DNA of 64,000 nt from assembly GCA_964188305.1 (NCBI GenBank), contig OZ076901.1; one strand, 5' to 3'. This DNA is from Podarcis bocagei. Taxonomy: Eukaryota. Below are positions 34,771 through 47,100 of this stretch, in pieces. The notes beneath the pieces were generated by a model. That model made no database searches. It was not told the DNA's origin and saw only the letters and a program-made list of their open reading frames with translations. The translations under genes were made by a program, and so were the position numbers. How positions within the stretch are numbered: the first letter of the stretch is position 1; every line of letters starts with the position of its first letter.

Positions 34771-37700
34771 TGCTATACAAAGAATGACTTGGAAGTGAAT
34801 GGGAGTATCTCTTGATTGTTGCCCTGTATTTTGAAGTGCCTTTATACTGTCCTGATGCTAGAATTTGTAGAAATACCAGGCTCTTGAGGCAGTTTACCCA
34901 AATACTGTAACCTTGGCCTCTCCTGGATCCTGTTTCAGTCTAAAATTGCAGGTAGGTGGGATGATTCCCTCTGAAGCTCTACTGTTTGGGCACCCTACAA
35001 CAATATAAGTTTCCTAGCAAAAACCCATTCTTCACTTTTTTATATGGTTTTTTAAATACCAAGTAGAATATGACTTAAAATAGCATATCCTTAAAATACT
35101 GGGTGAAAATACTGTTTGGGCATTAATTACTCCTCCCAGAAAGCTTAAAAGAATATGAAGGAGGCAAACTTAACTGGGTTGCATCCAGCCAGGTGTTCAG
35201 TGGCAAGGCAACCACTGAGAAAAGCCCTGCTCAGGCACAACTTCTAGTACTTGCCTTCTGAAATATTAGTTGCTTCCTAAGATGGAGTGGAGTCACTAAT
35301 AGCAAGGGGGGTGGAATTGTGAAACAAAGATTGATTTGTGTACCCACGTTAAATAGCCTTTGATCAACTAATGCTTCAATAATGTTTTGGTTACCTAGCA
35401 GTGAGTGAGCATTAAACTGGCCTTAGCTCTGTGCTAGGGTCTGCGTGACACCATTGACACGTTTATAAATGCAGCAGATTAGTGCTGCCAGCTGTGGAAG
35501 TGGTTTCACGACTTAAAAAAACAGCCACCCAACCTATCATGCTAATTCCTTGAAAACCAATGTGACTGGGCTGTTGGAAGGATAACTTTACTCAACCTGC
35601 CTTGCTTTAAATATAACCTCATTATTGCATGACTTTGTATTTAACTTTCTGTGGAAGTGCAGCAAACTATGGCTTTCCTTACTCTGGCAGGTCTGCTGGA
35701 CTACAGACCTTACAGGAAGAAACATAGTGTGATGGATGAAGCTTGGTTGTTAATGAGCATGAAGTTTTAGCAGGCGTTTCTTTTTATGTGCTGTTGTACT
35801 GCAGCTTGCTCCTAAAAACAATAGACCAGAAATCCAAATGAATATTTAATCCTTTTCCTAGTCAGGAGCACCTGAAGGCAAGTATGGCCACAGTCCTTCC
35901 AGTCTCCTGTGTTGCAAAGAGGAGTGGAACATATTTGTCCATCAGCATTGCTAAACTGGGTAGAATGCCAAAAATACACATCTTGATCAAAGTGTCTTGG
36001 TCTATATGGTAGTGGGACCCAGGAGGCGATTTCTCACTATACTGTCTGTATAAGATGTCTCTCCCTGGCAGAGAAAGTCCTATGGCTTCTTAGCGATGTA
36101 AATGCTTCACTGACCCTTTTTGCTTTGGCTGCCAAAAAGATCAGAAAGAAGACCCTGGACAACATAGCGAACTGTAAGGGAAACACAGAGATCCAAATAA
36201 GAGACAATTATTTGTAGCGCGACACCCCTTTTGTTTGCATTTATTTTTGATTCAGATTTGTCATGGCCAGGGGCTAGTACAATAAAGTTATTTGGATCGG
36301 ATATATGGTAGTGCCCCTTAACAAGGCATCCTCAGTAAAGTTAGTGTGGGTTTTGAGCCTTGAAATTTAGTGTCTTTTATAGATCGAAAACTCCTAAGAA
36401 ACGTTGTCTTCCCTTTAGTCATTTCCTGACTATTAATACATTAGCAATGTCCAGCTATATATAGATGTGGATCTGTGCCAAAGGAATGCCTTGGTTTTTA
36501 GAGAAAGATGAGCCTTAGTTGCAGAGTCTGAAAGCAGACCAGGTGGCACAATGTGCTGCTTAATTATGCCAAATATGGGTTGTACCCATAGAGGTGGCAA
36601 TCCTAGTTTTTAACGTCATTCTGCAGTTTGTGAGGAGGCTGTCAGAGGTAGCACTTGGGGCCTATGATCCAGGAAAAGAAAGGCAAGGGAATCCGCCCCT
36701 TTCTGGTGAGTGCAGTCTGTAAGGATGTATATTCAGAGGTGCATGACTGGAGTGATGGCTCCCTTCCTTGCCCCTGTTTGGAACTACAGCAGTCCACTTT
36801 CTAGGACTCCAAAGTTTTAAAACAGAGGTGGGTAAGAATATTAATGTTTATAATGGAGTTGCTGTAGAATAACCCACCAGTTTGCTTGACAGCAAGGCAT
36901 GCTCTCTGCTAGGGCCCAGGAATCTGAATGTGCACCACAAACTAAGTACTGGCACAGCTTTACAAAGACTTGGGTCTCTGGTGCAGAGGCTTTCCAACCT
37001 CCCTCTCCTCCCCCCTCCCCCACCTGTTTCCAGCTGAGAAATCACAGTATTGTTTCAGTGTAGTTGCTTAGCATCCCAGCAGGCAATGCCTACACGGAAC
37101 TTAATTGTGGCTTGCTGGTGAGAGACCCCAGGATTGAGAGACCACAGAAGGGGATCGGAAGCAGCAACAACAACACGGTAACACCGATTTCTGCAGCTCA
37201 GATTGTATTTAGCGGTGGCAACCTCCCTGGTGGGCTTTGCTACATATCCGCTGTCTGCCACTAGAGAAGTCCATGGCAGAGAATAGAGTTTGTATTACCT
37301 TGGCCTGGTCAATAATGCTGTTGTTTGTGTGGTCCAACAGCAAAATCGAGTCTTGTTTTTGTTATGCCTGGATAATAACATCTATCTAGGGGTTGGACTA
37401 CATGAGCTGCTGGTCCGTTATTATTTGCCCTGTATTCCCCTTAAGCAGTTCTGTTAAGTGCAGATGGGGAACTGCCCAGCACCCCAAAGTTTTCATGGTT
37501 ACAAAGGGGGGTGTTGGATTTTCATGGATGAGCAGGCCCAGCCTTCAGCAATGGTGAAAGCAATATATGGACACCCAAACAGCACATTCAGTCCAAGGGA
37601 ATCCATTCAGGCGAGTCCTTGGCTTAGCCTATCCCAGCCTCCCCAGCTACAGAAATTTAAGAGTGAGTCACACCATCAGTCCAGCTAGGCCTATGCTGCT

Positions 37701-37917
37701 TAGTCTGCCAGGCTGTGGCTGTCTTTAAAGAAGGGCCAATATGGAAAATGTGGCCCATTGAGGGCTTCGTCTGGTAACCACAAAGCCGAATACCCACCAC
37801 CTTTGTTATAAGGCGTTGAGGGTGGCTTCCTTTTAGTCCCAGAATAGGTATATTAAGCTGAAGCAGGAGGTTGGACAAGTGATGCTATTTCCCACTTAGC
37901 TCCTGCACAGCATGCGG

Positions 37918-38207
37918 GTAAAGGTAAAGGGACCCCTGACCATTAGGTCCAGTCGTGACAGACTCTGGGGTTGCGGAGCTCATCTTGCTTTATTGGCTGA
38001 GGGAGCCGGCATACAGCTTCTGGGTCATGTGGCCAGCATGACTAAGCCGCTTCTGGCGAACCAGAGCAGCACACGGAAATGCAGTTTACCTTCCCACCAG
38101 AGCTGTACCTATTTATCTACTTGCACTTTGACATGCTTTCGAACTGCTAGGTTGCCAGGAGCAGGGACCGAGCAACGGGAGCTCACCCCGTTGCGGGGAT
38201 TTGAACC
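37918..38207 (-). mobile_element. Sauria SINE, 5'-truncated
   Basis: GGTAAAGGTAAAGGGACCCCTG... closely similar to the 1794-2141 copy. Confidence 0.9.
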
Positions 38208-38479
38208 AGATACGTCTGCCAAATTTGGGTTTCATCAGCAAAGCTGGTGTGTGAAGCTTTCCTTGCCCCCCCCCCCTAGAGGCAGAGGGGCAATTCGCAC
38301 TGGTGCCAAGTGAAGAGAAGGGAGGGCAAAAGAGCAGCCTTCCTAGAGGCGGAGAAGCGGAGACTTCCAGTTGCAAGGCAAAGCTGGCCTTGCACCCTTA
38401 GAAAGAAGAAAGGCCTAGCAGGGTGCGCCACCAGGATGCTCTTTTCCCTAAGCGCCTTTTTTTGCTGTAATGCCGCCAG

Positions 38480-40100
38480 GCTAAGTTTTGGCACGTGAGC
38501 GAGGCCACACCCGCGCCTGCTCTTGATCTGGGGCGGCCGCCTTGCAGCGCCTCCAGCCGCGCTGCACCTGCTGCCCTTGTCCCGTTGCAGGAGGCTGCCG
38601 CGGGCGGGCATCCTCGCAAGAGCGGCCGTGGGAGCAGCTGCTGCTCCTGCCGCCGCCGTTTGCTGCGGTCCCCGCCAGTGGCCACTGGGCGGACCAGGCG
38701 GCCGCAGTGAAGCCGAAGGCCCGCCCCAGCCGAGGGCCCCGCGCCGAGCATGCCGCCCAAAGTTATGCCGCGCAGGCCGGCCGGGCTTTTGAGGTGTCCC
38801 GCTTCCCGGGCGGGGGCCCCGGCCCCTGTATAGGCTCCGCTGTTATGCCGCGGATGCTGCGGCGAGCCATGGCTCAGGCGAGGCGCGGGGCGGCGCTCTG
38901 GCGGAGCCCCGGAACCTGGATGGGAGCCGCGTGTCTGCAGCGCCCCTAGGGGCGGGTTGTGCGCCAGGCAGGTTCCCGGGCGCGGCCCGGCCCCGCTCTC
39001 TGGCTCGTCGCCTCACAGTAAAGATGGCGCACAGCGGTCGGTGGCGCTTCCCGGCCCGGCCCGGCAGCTGTGGCTGGGGCCGCCGCGGGCTCGGGGGCTG
39101 CCGCGTGCGGGTGCCGGCCGTGCGCAGCCTGCGCGGGGAGCCGCCCGAGGAGCGCCCGGCTGGCGGCGGAGGAGCGGCCGCGCCGGCGGGAAACAGCGGT
39201 GGAGGGGGCGGGGCGGGCGGCTCTTCCTCGGCCTCCGCCGCCGCCGCCCTCGGCCCGCCGCCTCCTCCGCCTCCACCCGCTGCTGCTCCCGGCTCGGGCG
39301 CCGCCGCTGCCTCCTCGGTAGCGGCGACGGCGGCCAGTGCCGGGGTGGCGCCGGGCTTCGACGCGGCGCTCCAGGTCTCGGCCACCATCGGCATCAACCT
39401 GCGCCGGTTCCGGGCGGCCTGCGGTGCTGAGGCGGGCAGAGGAGAGGTGAGGAGCAGGCGGCCGGGCGCGCGGGGGAGGGAAGGGGAGGGAGCGGGATGT
39501 GTGCGGCGGGGGGGGGGGCCTAGCGGGGGAGTCTTCCCTAGCACGCGCGCTCGCTCGCTCGCGTGTGTGGCGGGGGAAGAGAGAAGCGCGCGCGCACGCG
39601 GGGCGGCAGGAGATGGGGGGCGTGCCTGCGCTCGCGCCCGGCGGGAAACGAGCCACCTCGGGATGGATGGAGCGGGAGAAGGCGGAGGCTTTCTTTTAAA
39701 CCCCCCCCCCTCTACAACCACCACCTCCCGGAGGGGATCCGCCCGCCTCGCAACCAGCAGCCTGGGCCGCCGCGGGAGACTTGACAGGCACGCCCACCTC
39801 GCCTCCCCGGGAGGAGATGCTGCTGCTGCGCGCGAAGAACGGCGGGCCGGGAGAAGCAGCGAGCGAGCGAGGACGCCAGCGCCACCCTCTCCCTTCTCTC
39901 TCTCCTTGGAAGCATCCGCGCTTCTCGCCGGGGAGGGAGCGGGAGCGGCAAGGCCCGCTCGCACCTGCATTTCTGCCCGCTGGGAGGGGAAGAAGAGCTC
40001 CCCCCCCCCATCTCCCGACTATCAAAGCCGCGGGGCCACGATCCTGCCTGCCTCCGCACTCTTCCTGCAGGGAAGCCATCTCGCCTCAGTTGCAATGCAC
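38480..40100 (+). promoter_or_regulatory. KMT2A CpG island/promoter
   Basis: About 1.6 kb of very GC- and CpG-rich sequence spanning exon 1. A YY1-type AAGATGGCG overlaps the start codon (39021-39029). Confidence 0.8.
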
Positions 40101-41076
40101 TTTATGTAGGGATGTGTCCTTGCCAGGCGCTCTTCTATCCGCTTGCCGGCCTCCCTGCAAGCAAGGGTGTCTAAGGTGGTCAGGCATCACTGGTTAAGAG
40201 AGCATATTTATCCTGGAGAAGAAGAGACTGACAGGAGATATGATAGCCATCTTCAAATACCTAAAGACCTGTCAGGAGCCTAGGACCTGAATCAATGGCT
40301 TCAAGTTACAGTAAAGGATATTCCAACTAAACATCAGGAATAACTTTCTGACAGAGCTACAGTATTTGATAGTAGAACAGTCTCCCTCGGGAGGCAGTGG
40401 ACTCTCCTTCCACCTAGGTTTTTAAGCAGAAGTTGAATGGCCATCTGTTATGTATGATGTGGTTGAAATTCGTTCATTGCAGGAGGTTGGACTAGATGAT
40501 CCTCAGGAATCTCTTTCAACTCTACAATTATGTGATTCTATGGTTTTCTCTTCTGTTCAGTACTTTCCCTACCTTCCTATATTCCTGTAAAACAGGGATG
40601 TTCAATCTGTTCGCCTTTCAGATATTGGAATACAATACCATGGGGTATTTCTATTGCTTAGGTTGGGAGGCTGGCTAAGTAGCTTGCTTTGCAGCAGTGT
40701 TCCCCAATCTGATAGCCTCTAGAGCTTTTTGGACTACAACTCCTATCAGCCCCAGCCTGTATGGTTGTGCATAGTTGCAGTCCAAAAACATCTGGAAGGC
40801 TCCAAACTGAAGAAGGTTGTTATACAGTTGTCCCCCAAAATCATTCCTTATGGGAATGGCCTTAGATGCTCAGTGGTAGAGCATCTAGCTTATATGCACA
40901 AGGTCCCTGGTTCAAGCCCCGGTGGCATTGGTAGGTAGGACTGGGAATGTTGCATGCCTGAAACCATGGAGAGCTCCTGCTATTCATTGTAGAGAATACT
41001 GAGCTAGATGGATTAAGTGGTCTGACAATATAAGGCCGCTTCCTATGTTTGTTTGTTTGTTTGTTTGTTTGTTTAG

Positions 41077-41109
<33 letters not shown>

Positions 41110-44100
41110 ATTTCTGTTTTGCCTTTCTTCCAAGGATAACAGAGTGGTTTACAATATAAAATCACACACTCTATATATAATATTTCATAACATATATTAT
41201 ATGTAACATAATACCAAACAAAAACAATAACCCCTCCAGTTTAAAAGTTTAAAAGGCCACAGTTTAAAAGGCCATAGATTGTTTGATTAGTCAAAGGCTG
41301 TAAACAGTTATGCAGCACTTATTTATGATTTTACTGTGGTTGATACAACCTGCTGCTTACCTTCTCCTACCTAATGACAAGGCACCTGCCTCTGCTCCTC
41401 TTTGAATAAGCCTCTTGAGCAGTTTGAGGTAAGCCCTAGACAGTGCTAGGTGCCATCTCCCTCATGAATTTAGCAGTTGGATGCAATAATTTTATGTAAA
41501 CAGGTTTTAAATCAGGTCTTTTTTCAGATTTATTTACATGTGAAAATGTGTGCATGGAATTGCTGTAACTAAGCAAAGATTAATAAACCACAAGGCTGAG
41601 AACTGACTTTACCCAGTCTCAAAGAAGCTCAAGAGAAATGGGTATGGGGCTCATTATAGTATCACTTCATTTCTTAAAAATAGCTTATAAATGAGAAAGA
41701 TTAGCTTCCAGGCCCAGACAATTGAACTTGGGTTTTTCATACATCCAGTCCCAACCACTTTATTGAGTATATTGTTCTTTCTTTTCTAAAGGAGTCCTTC
41801 AAATAAGCAGCTCTTTCAGTCATTACTCTTTTTTGGGAAAGTGGGGTTTTCAAGTGAAAACATTGTTACAACAGCTGTGTTGCTATTAGGATAGCTGGAA
41901 TAACCTGTCTGAGACATATTGGGGCAGTTACATATTTTAAGAAAAAAACTTTCCATTTTACATTTTAAAAATAAGCTTTGGACATATGCTCAGTAAAGTA
42001 GTCCAATTCAGAGACAGAATATATTTGATTTAACCAAATTGTGTAGATGTAGTAATTTTAAAAAAATGTAAAATATGGAGCCCTAGTTATTTACAGATGA
42101 ATCAGTACATATCAGTGCAGTGACACAAACCTGATAAGGAACCTTTATTGCAAATATGTCACTTATTATCTTAGATCTTCCAGTTTGGATTTGTTTTATT
42201 CAGGTAGGACTTGGAGAAACTTAGACTGAAGTTGCCACTGGGATGCTTGATGTTGTCGCAACTTTTCTAAAATTAATTGCATGCAAAATGATTTGAATGA
42301 CGGGGGCATGTCCCACTCATTTCAGATTATTTGATATTGATATCAGTATGCCACACCTTCCTTGGTGACAGAGATTTTGATGGTCTTGCATTTTTTGTTG
42401 TGGCAGAGCCTATTTCCTTTCTGAGGCCTTTCAGTGATGTAGCAGAGAATTGGCCACTTAAGTGCTCTGAGCAGCAGAGCAGCTTCTGTTCTCTTTCAGC
42501 AACAGATGTTATGACCCACATCTGTTTATTCCCCCCCCCCATAATTAAAACTTAACAATGCTGAACTTGTTTCATACAACTTTAATGATGAAAAAATTAA
42601 TTTTTGCTATTCATCTGGGTTTTAAGTATTTGAGAAAGAAGCTTAGCATGTAAATGACATCTTAATTGCCTTTCTGGTACCCATCAGAGGTCTTTTAATG
42701 CTACTTTCTTTTTAGGCTATTCCATTGGGAATCTTATTAATTTTTTTGCAGCTGTTATGTTTTTCTTTTTTATTATCCTTATATGCTGTAATTCCCCCTT
42801 CAAAGTTCAACTGAAGGACAGGATATCAAACAAACAAGTAACCTAAAACAGTGATGTCACTATTGCACTGTAATGGTGAATGGATCATAATTTTTTAGGA
42901 GGCAAGCTAAAGAACTTTATTGAAATCTTTGCAGGAAGGGATGGTCAGAACTGTGTTTGAATATATTTTTCTTTCATAATTTTGAAATTTTGCCACTCAG
43001 AATTGTACATTTTACACTGATCGCATAGCAACTTTGTTGCTTGGTATGTTGTACTTCTGGTCAGCTGGTAGTATAATGTTCTCAGCTGGCGGCCGCTCTG
43101 GGTTTAGGGTGCTGCAGCCAGTTCCCTATCTTAGAGTGCCAAGCCAACGGATTGCAAAATAATAATAATATTGAGAAGATCCATTAAAAAGCAACTGTTC
43201 TAAAAGGAATTTTTGTGAAAATAAGAAATACTAGGGGGGGCGGGATTTTGTCCCTGCTCAGGGCACTATATTACCAAAGTCCACCTGACAGCATCCTGCA
43301 TAATTAAACCTCAAAAGCTAAGCTCTTGGCTCCTGTGTTCTTGGCTCCTGTTAGTAAAACATCAGCCCCCAGTCTTGCCTAGAACCTCGAAGCTTGCTGT
43401 GTACAAACCACCTTCTCCGACTCTGCAGACTTTTTTTCCAAAGAAGATCTTGGCACTTGGGGAACAGGGGAATATGTGACTGCCAAGTCAGTCTTTATCA
43501 CTTGGGCTTATATTGACTTCTGCAAAAGCAGTGCTTTATGGCAGACAAATGAAAGGTGCTACCTCTGTCCAATAGGACTTTGCTGGAGTTAAATTAATAG
43601 AGCACCTTTGAAGAAAGAGGAATTTATTTATTTGTAAAACTTAGGAGTTGCTCAAAATAAAAACATCCAACATGAAGAGTATCTTGTCTTGTCTTAAACA
43701 GCATTACTGGAGACTAAGAAAGCCAAAAGACTGTCCCCCCCCTTCCCCCCAAAATAATTTCTCAAGGACATAATGGGTAGGGGCTCCCATTCTGTGCTTC
43801 TGCTACATGAGATTCTTCTGGGAAAGAGTTAAACTCGGCACATTAAACTCAGTGCTGGTTTAATATAGTTATGTTTCTATGCCTAGTCAGTAGCACAACA
43901 ACAATCAGTGGCACAACAACAACTGTGCAAACAAAAACAAAAATGTAATGACACTGACAGAACTCCCAGAGTATCCGTAAAAGCTCTGGTGCCGTCCATC
44001 AATTGGTGATGAGATCCCCTCATTAGCAATGCACACAATGCATCAATCAACTTACAGGAACCAGCAGAAGCACTCTTTCCACCCCATAGTCATATTCTAG

Positions 44101-47100
44101 TTCCCATAAATAGAGCACCTCCTCCAGTAAAGGCATCCCAGTGCTCAGCAATAAGAGGCTTCACAGGAGTAAGGTTAAGTCTTGCTATGGGGCCAGCAAT
44201 ACTACACAGGCAACACAAGTAATGCTGCACAAGATATGTTTGTATTGTGAGGTGAGGGGGTGTTTTTGGCAAAGAAGAGCCATGCAGACAAACAAGAATG
44301 GAAGCTATATCAGCAAGCTTACAGGAGGCCATCCTTTGAGCTGCCCAAGAGCAATGTGTTTGTTACCTCCACAAGGGGGGAAGCTCCCCCTTGTGAGCAG
44401 CAGTCACTTTAGATGGGGAAATGGGTGAGGTAGCAGGACTAGGGCTGGGGCTTCCTGGACCAGAGAGGGATAACCTAACCCAGAGATAACCAACACTGCC
44501 CTTCGGACATTAGTTGGACTACAACTCTCATCATCCTTGACCATGGGGCTAAGCTGAGTGAGGCTGATGGGAGTTGGGAGTCTAGCAATATCTGGAGGGC
44601 ACCACAGTGGCTATCCCTGCCGTACTCACATAATGCAGGAGCCTGTAAATAAAAAAAACCCCTATGGTTGGGACGTTTTGATCTTCTGGGGCCAAGCTCC
44701 TGGCACGTACCACTTCCTACCCCCCACTCCATCCATGAGATGTCTCCCACCCCAATCTTAAAAGTGCCTATGTTGTGGCATTGCACTGGTTAGCATACAT
44801 GAGATCATGGGTTCAATTCCTGGTACTGGTCTGCTGGGTTAGACTCATACCAGACAGTGCAGCAACTGGAATTACTCTCCAGTAGCCTTGTTCAGATAAC
44901 TGACTCCTTCATGCCACAAGATACCCAGTCCCGACATCCGGTTCATTGACATACCCTTTTTGTTAGGATAATTACCAATGTCTGCTGACGATTTTCTCAA
45001 AGCACTGTTAGGACCCTCCAGAACTGAGCCCAGCTGCTACGTTAATTATCACACCAGGAGTTACTGGGCTGGACATGGCTGGGAGGGGACTGAATTGCTG
45101 TCTCCTCAGCAACCATGAGTGGGATGGATGGATTTCCTGTCATATGATGAGACTGGGAAGCTGGTCAGGCAATGAAGGCAAGGTGTGCCAAAGCAGGCAG
45201 GGAGCTGTCCAGCCAAGTATTCAAGCTAGAGAAAGAAAAGGGTGTTGCAGCAGCATGCGATGGTTATTATAGCTGCCCTCTAGATCCGGAGTATGTTTCA
45301 GGTTTTTTCCCTTTGTCCTCCTGAGTAGGGCCCAGGGATGGTTGATCTCATTTTGCTAGATGTGTTGAACCATTTGCTCAGCCTTCAGTTCAGGTTCATC
45401 ACTGTCTCTGCTGCTGGAGCAGGGGAGAAGGTGTCCAAGTGTCATTGGGTCTTCTGCCTTTAGATTCTCTGGGTGGGGTGTCCTTCATCATGGCTGATGC
45501 AAGATGTTAATCAGGATATGCAGACCCTCCTTGGCCTGGGCTGGTGGAGTTTTTTCTCTTTAGCACATGGCAGCTGTAGGGGGTGCTGGTTCCTTATTTG
45601 TTAACTATCACAAGAGCAGAGGCACAGCTTTTGTTGAAATGTGCCAGTTGTGGAAGGGTTTAGGTGAATGGGCTCACCAGCAGTATTGGTCTTGCAAGAT
45701 TCCTGTGCTGTGCTCTTGAAAGCTGCATGACAGGTAGAGAAGTAACAAATGCAGAAGTTTCTATTACTCTGTCTGCATGCTGCAGATTGCTGCACCCATT
45801 GCATGACTGTCTGTCACACAGACTGGGAAGGCAACAGAAGCTAGAACATTTTGATCTGTGGAACACCCTCCACAAATTCTGCCAGATGCCCAGCTTATTA
45901 GAATCATAGGGTTAGAAGGGACCATGAGGGTCATCTAGTCCACCCACAACGCAGAGATGAGTCTCATGCTTTACTCACTGAGCTATCCCAGGATGATGAT
46001 GATGATTAATTCAATTTATATACCACTCTTTATCCAAAGATCCAAGGGCAGTGTACAACATTAAGAAAACATTTCATGGAACGTAAAAATAAAAACATAA
46101 CAAAAAGTATAATAAACAGCATAATAATAAAATAATCATAATAACAGTGTCCCTCCCCCAAAAAAAGCTTTATCAGGTTTTAACTTGGCATAGACAATAA
46201 GCAGCCAATATCTGATTCTCTTATCATTTTATTGAAATGATAATTTAGCTATTGGTATGATGGTTTCCCTCTCTGATCCTTTTTCAGGGTGATAGCTGAA
46301 TTGTGTTAACATGTTTTGTATTGCCTTTCTTGAATACTGTATTGTTGATGTTTATGTATTTTAAATTTTATTGTAAACACCTGGGAATAAATGCGTAAGC
46401 TTTTTAAACATCGGCTCCGCACTCCTTTGCACACCTGTGGGACCCCTTATCCTTGCAGTCCCTGTTGAAGGAGGTTCCTGGGGTATGTTTGTGTCTGGAC
46501 TCCAGGGGGAGCCTAGAAGTGTAAGGGTTCTGATAGAAGACTTAACATTATTCTTACTTTGCTATTAGTCTTGGCTGCTTGTTGTCTATTTCAAGTGATG
46601 GAGCTCCACTGTGTATGTCATTTATATATAAGTTGCGTTCCTTGCTGTGGCTTGGCATTCTTTTGTGGCTGCACAGTTAGTTGGGAACCTGGGGACAGGG
46701 AGTGGGGGCAGTTGTTTTGGGTTGTCAGAAGCCCCTGGGCTGCAACCAGGAATCTTTGGATCTCTGAAGCTTTGGATTGGCCCCCAAATACCATTTAAAG
46801 ACGCACACTCTCTTTATTTGTATTTAGCTATTGATCTTTGTTTTTATTATTTATAGTTTTTTAAAAAAATATTTAGGGTGGTTTTCTTTTATTTCCTACC
46901 TTTTATCCACTTACACCAAAAAGTGATACATAAAGATTAGAAATCAGGAAACAGGGAAGAAGACTTATCCTTTGTGATGGAAGTTAATCCTTTAAGAGAG
47001 GAAAGTCTGCCAGGACTCTAGATGGATCTTGGGAGAATTATCATTTCTGCATAACTATTTGAATCATCTGAAAAAACTTAATTAGTGAAAGGTTTGCATG

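Noticed and set aside
34800-37900. Possible hidden gene between ATP5MG and KMT2A
   Set aside because: Only short ORFs, with no coherent exon chain or recognisable protein or RNA motif that I could support.
38843-39970. 375-aa antisense ORF and other long overlapping ORFs over the KMT2A CpG island
   Set aside because: Low-complexity Ala/Pro/Arg/Gly translations are expected from very GC-rich, stop-poor DNA, and there is no recognisable domain.
38931-40109. 392-aa + strand ORF as a stand-alone gene
   Set aside because: It is KMT2A exon 1 (39024-39446) read through a good donor into GC-rich intron sequence.
42191-42209. ttttattcAG|GTagga recursive-splice-like site in KMT2A intron 1
   Set aside because: Such AG|GT juxtapositions occur by chance, and the intron (about 14 kb) is short for vertebrate recursive splicing.
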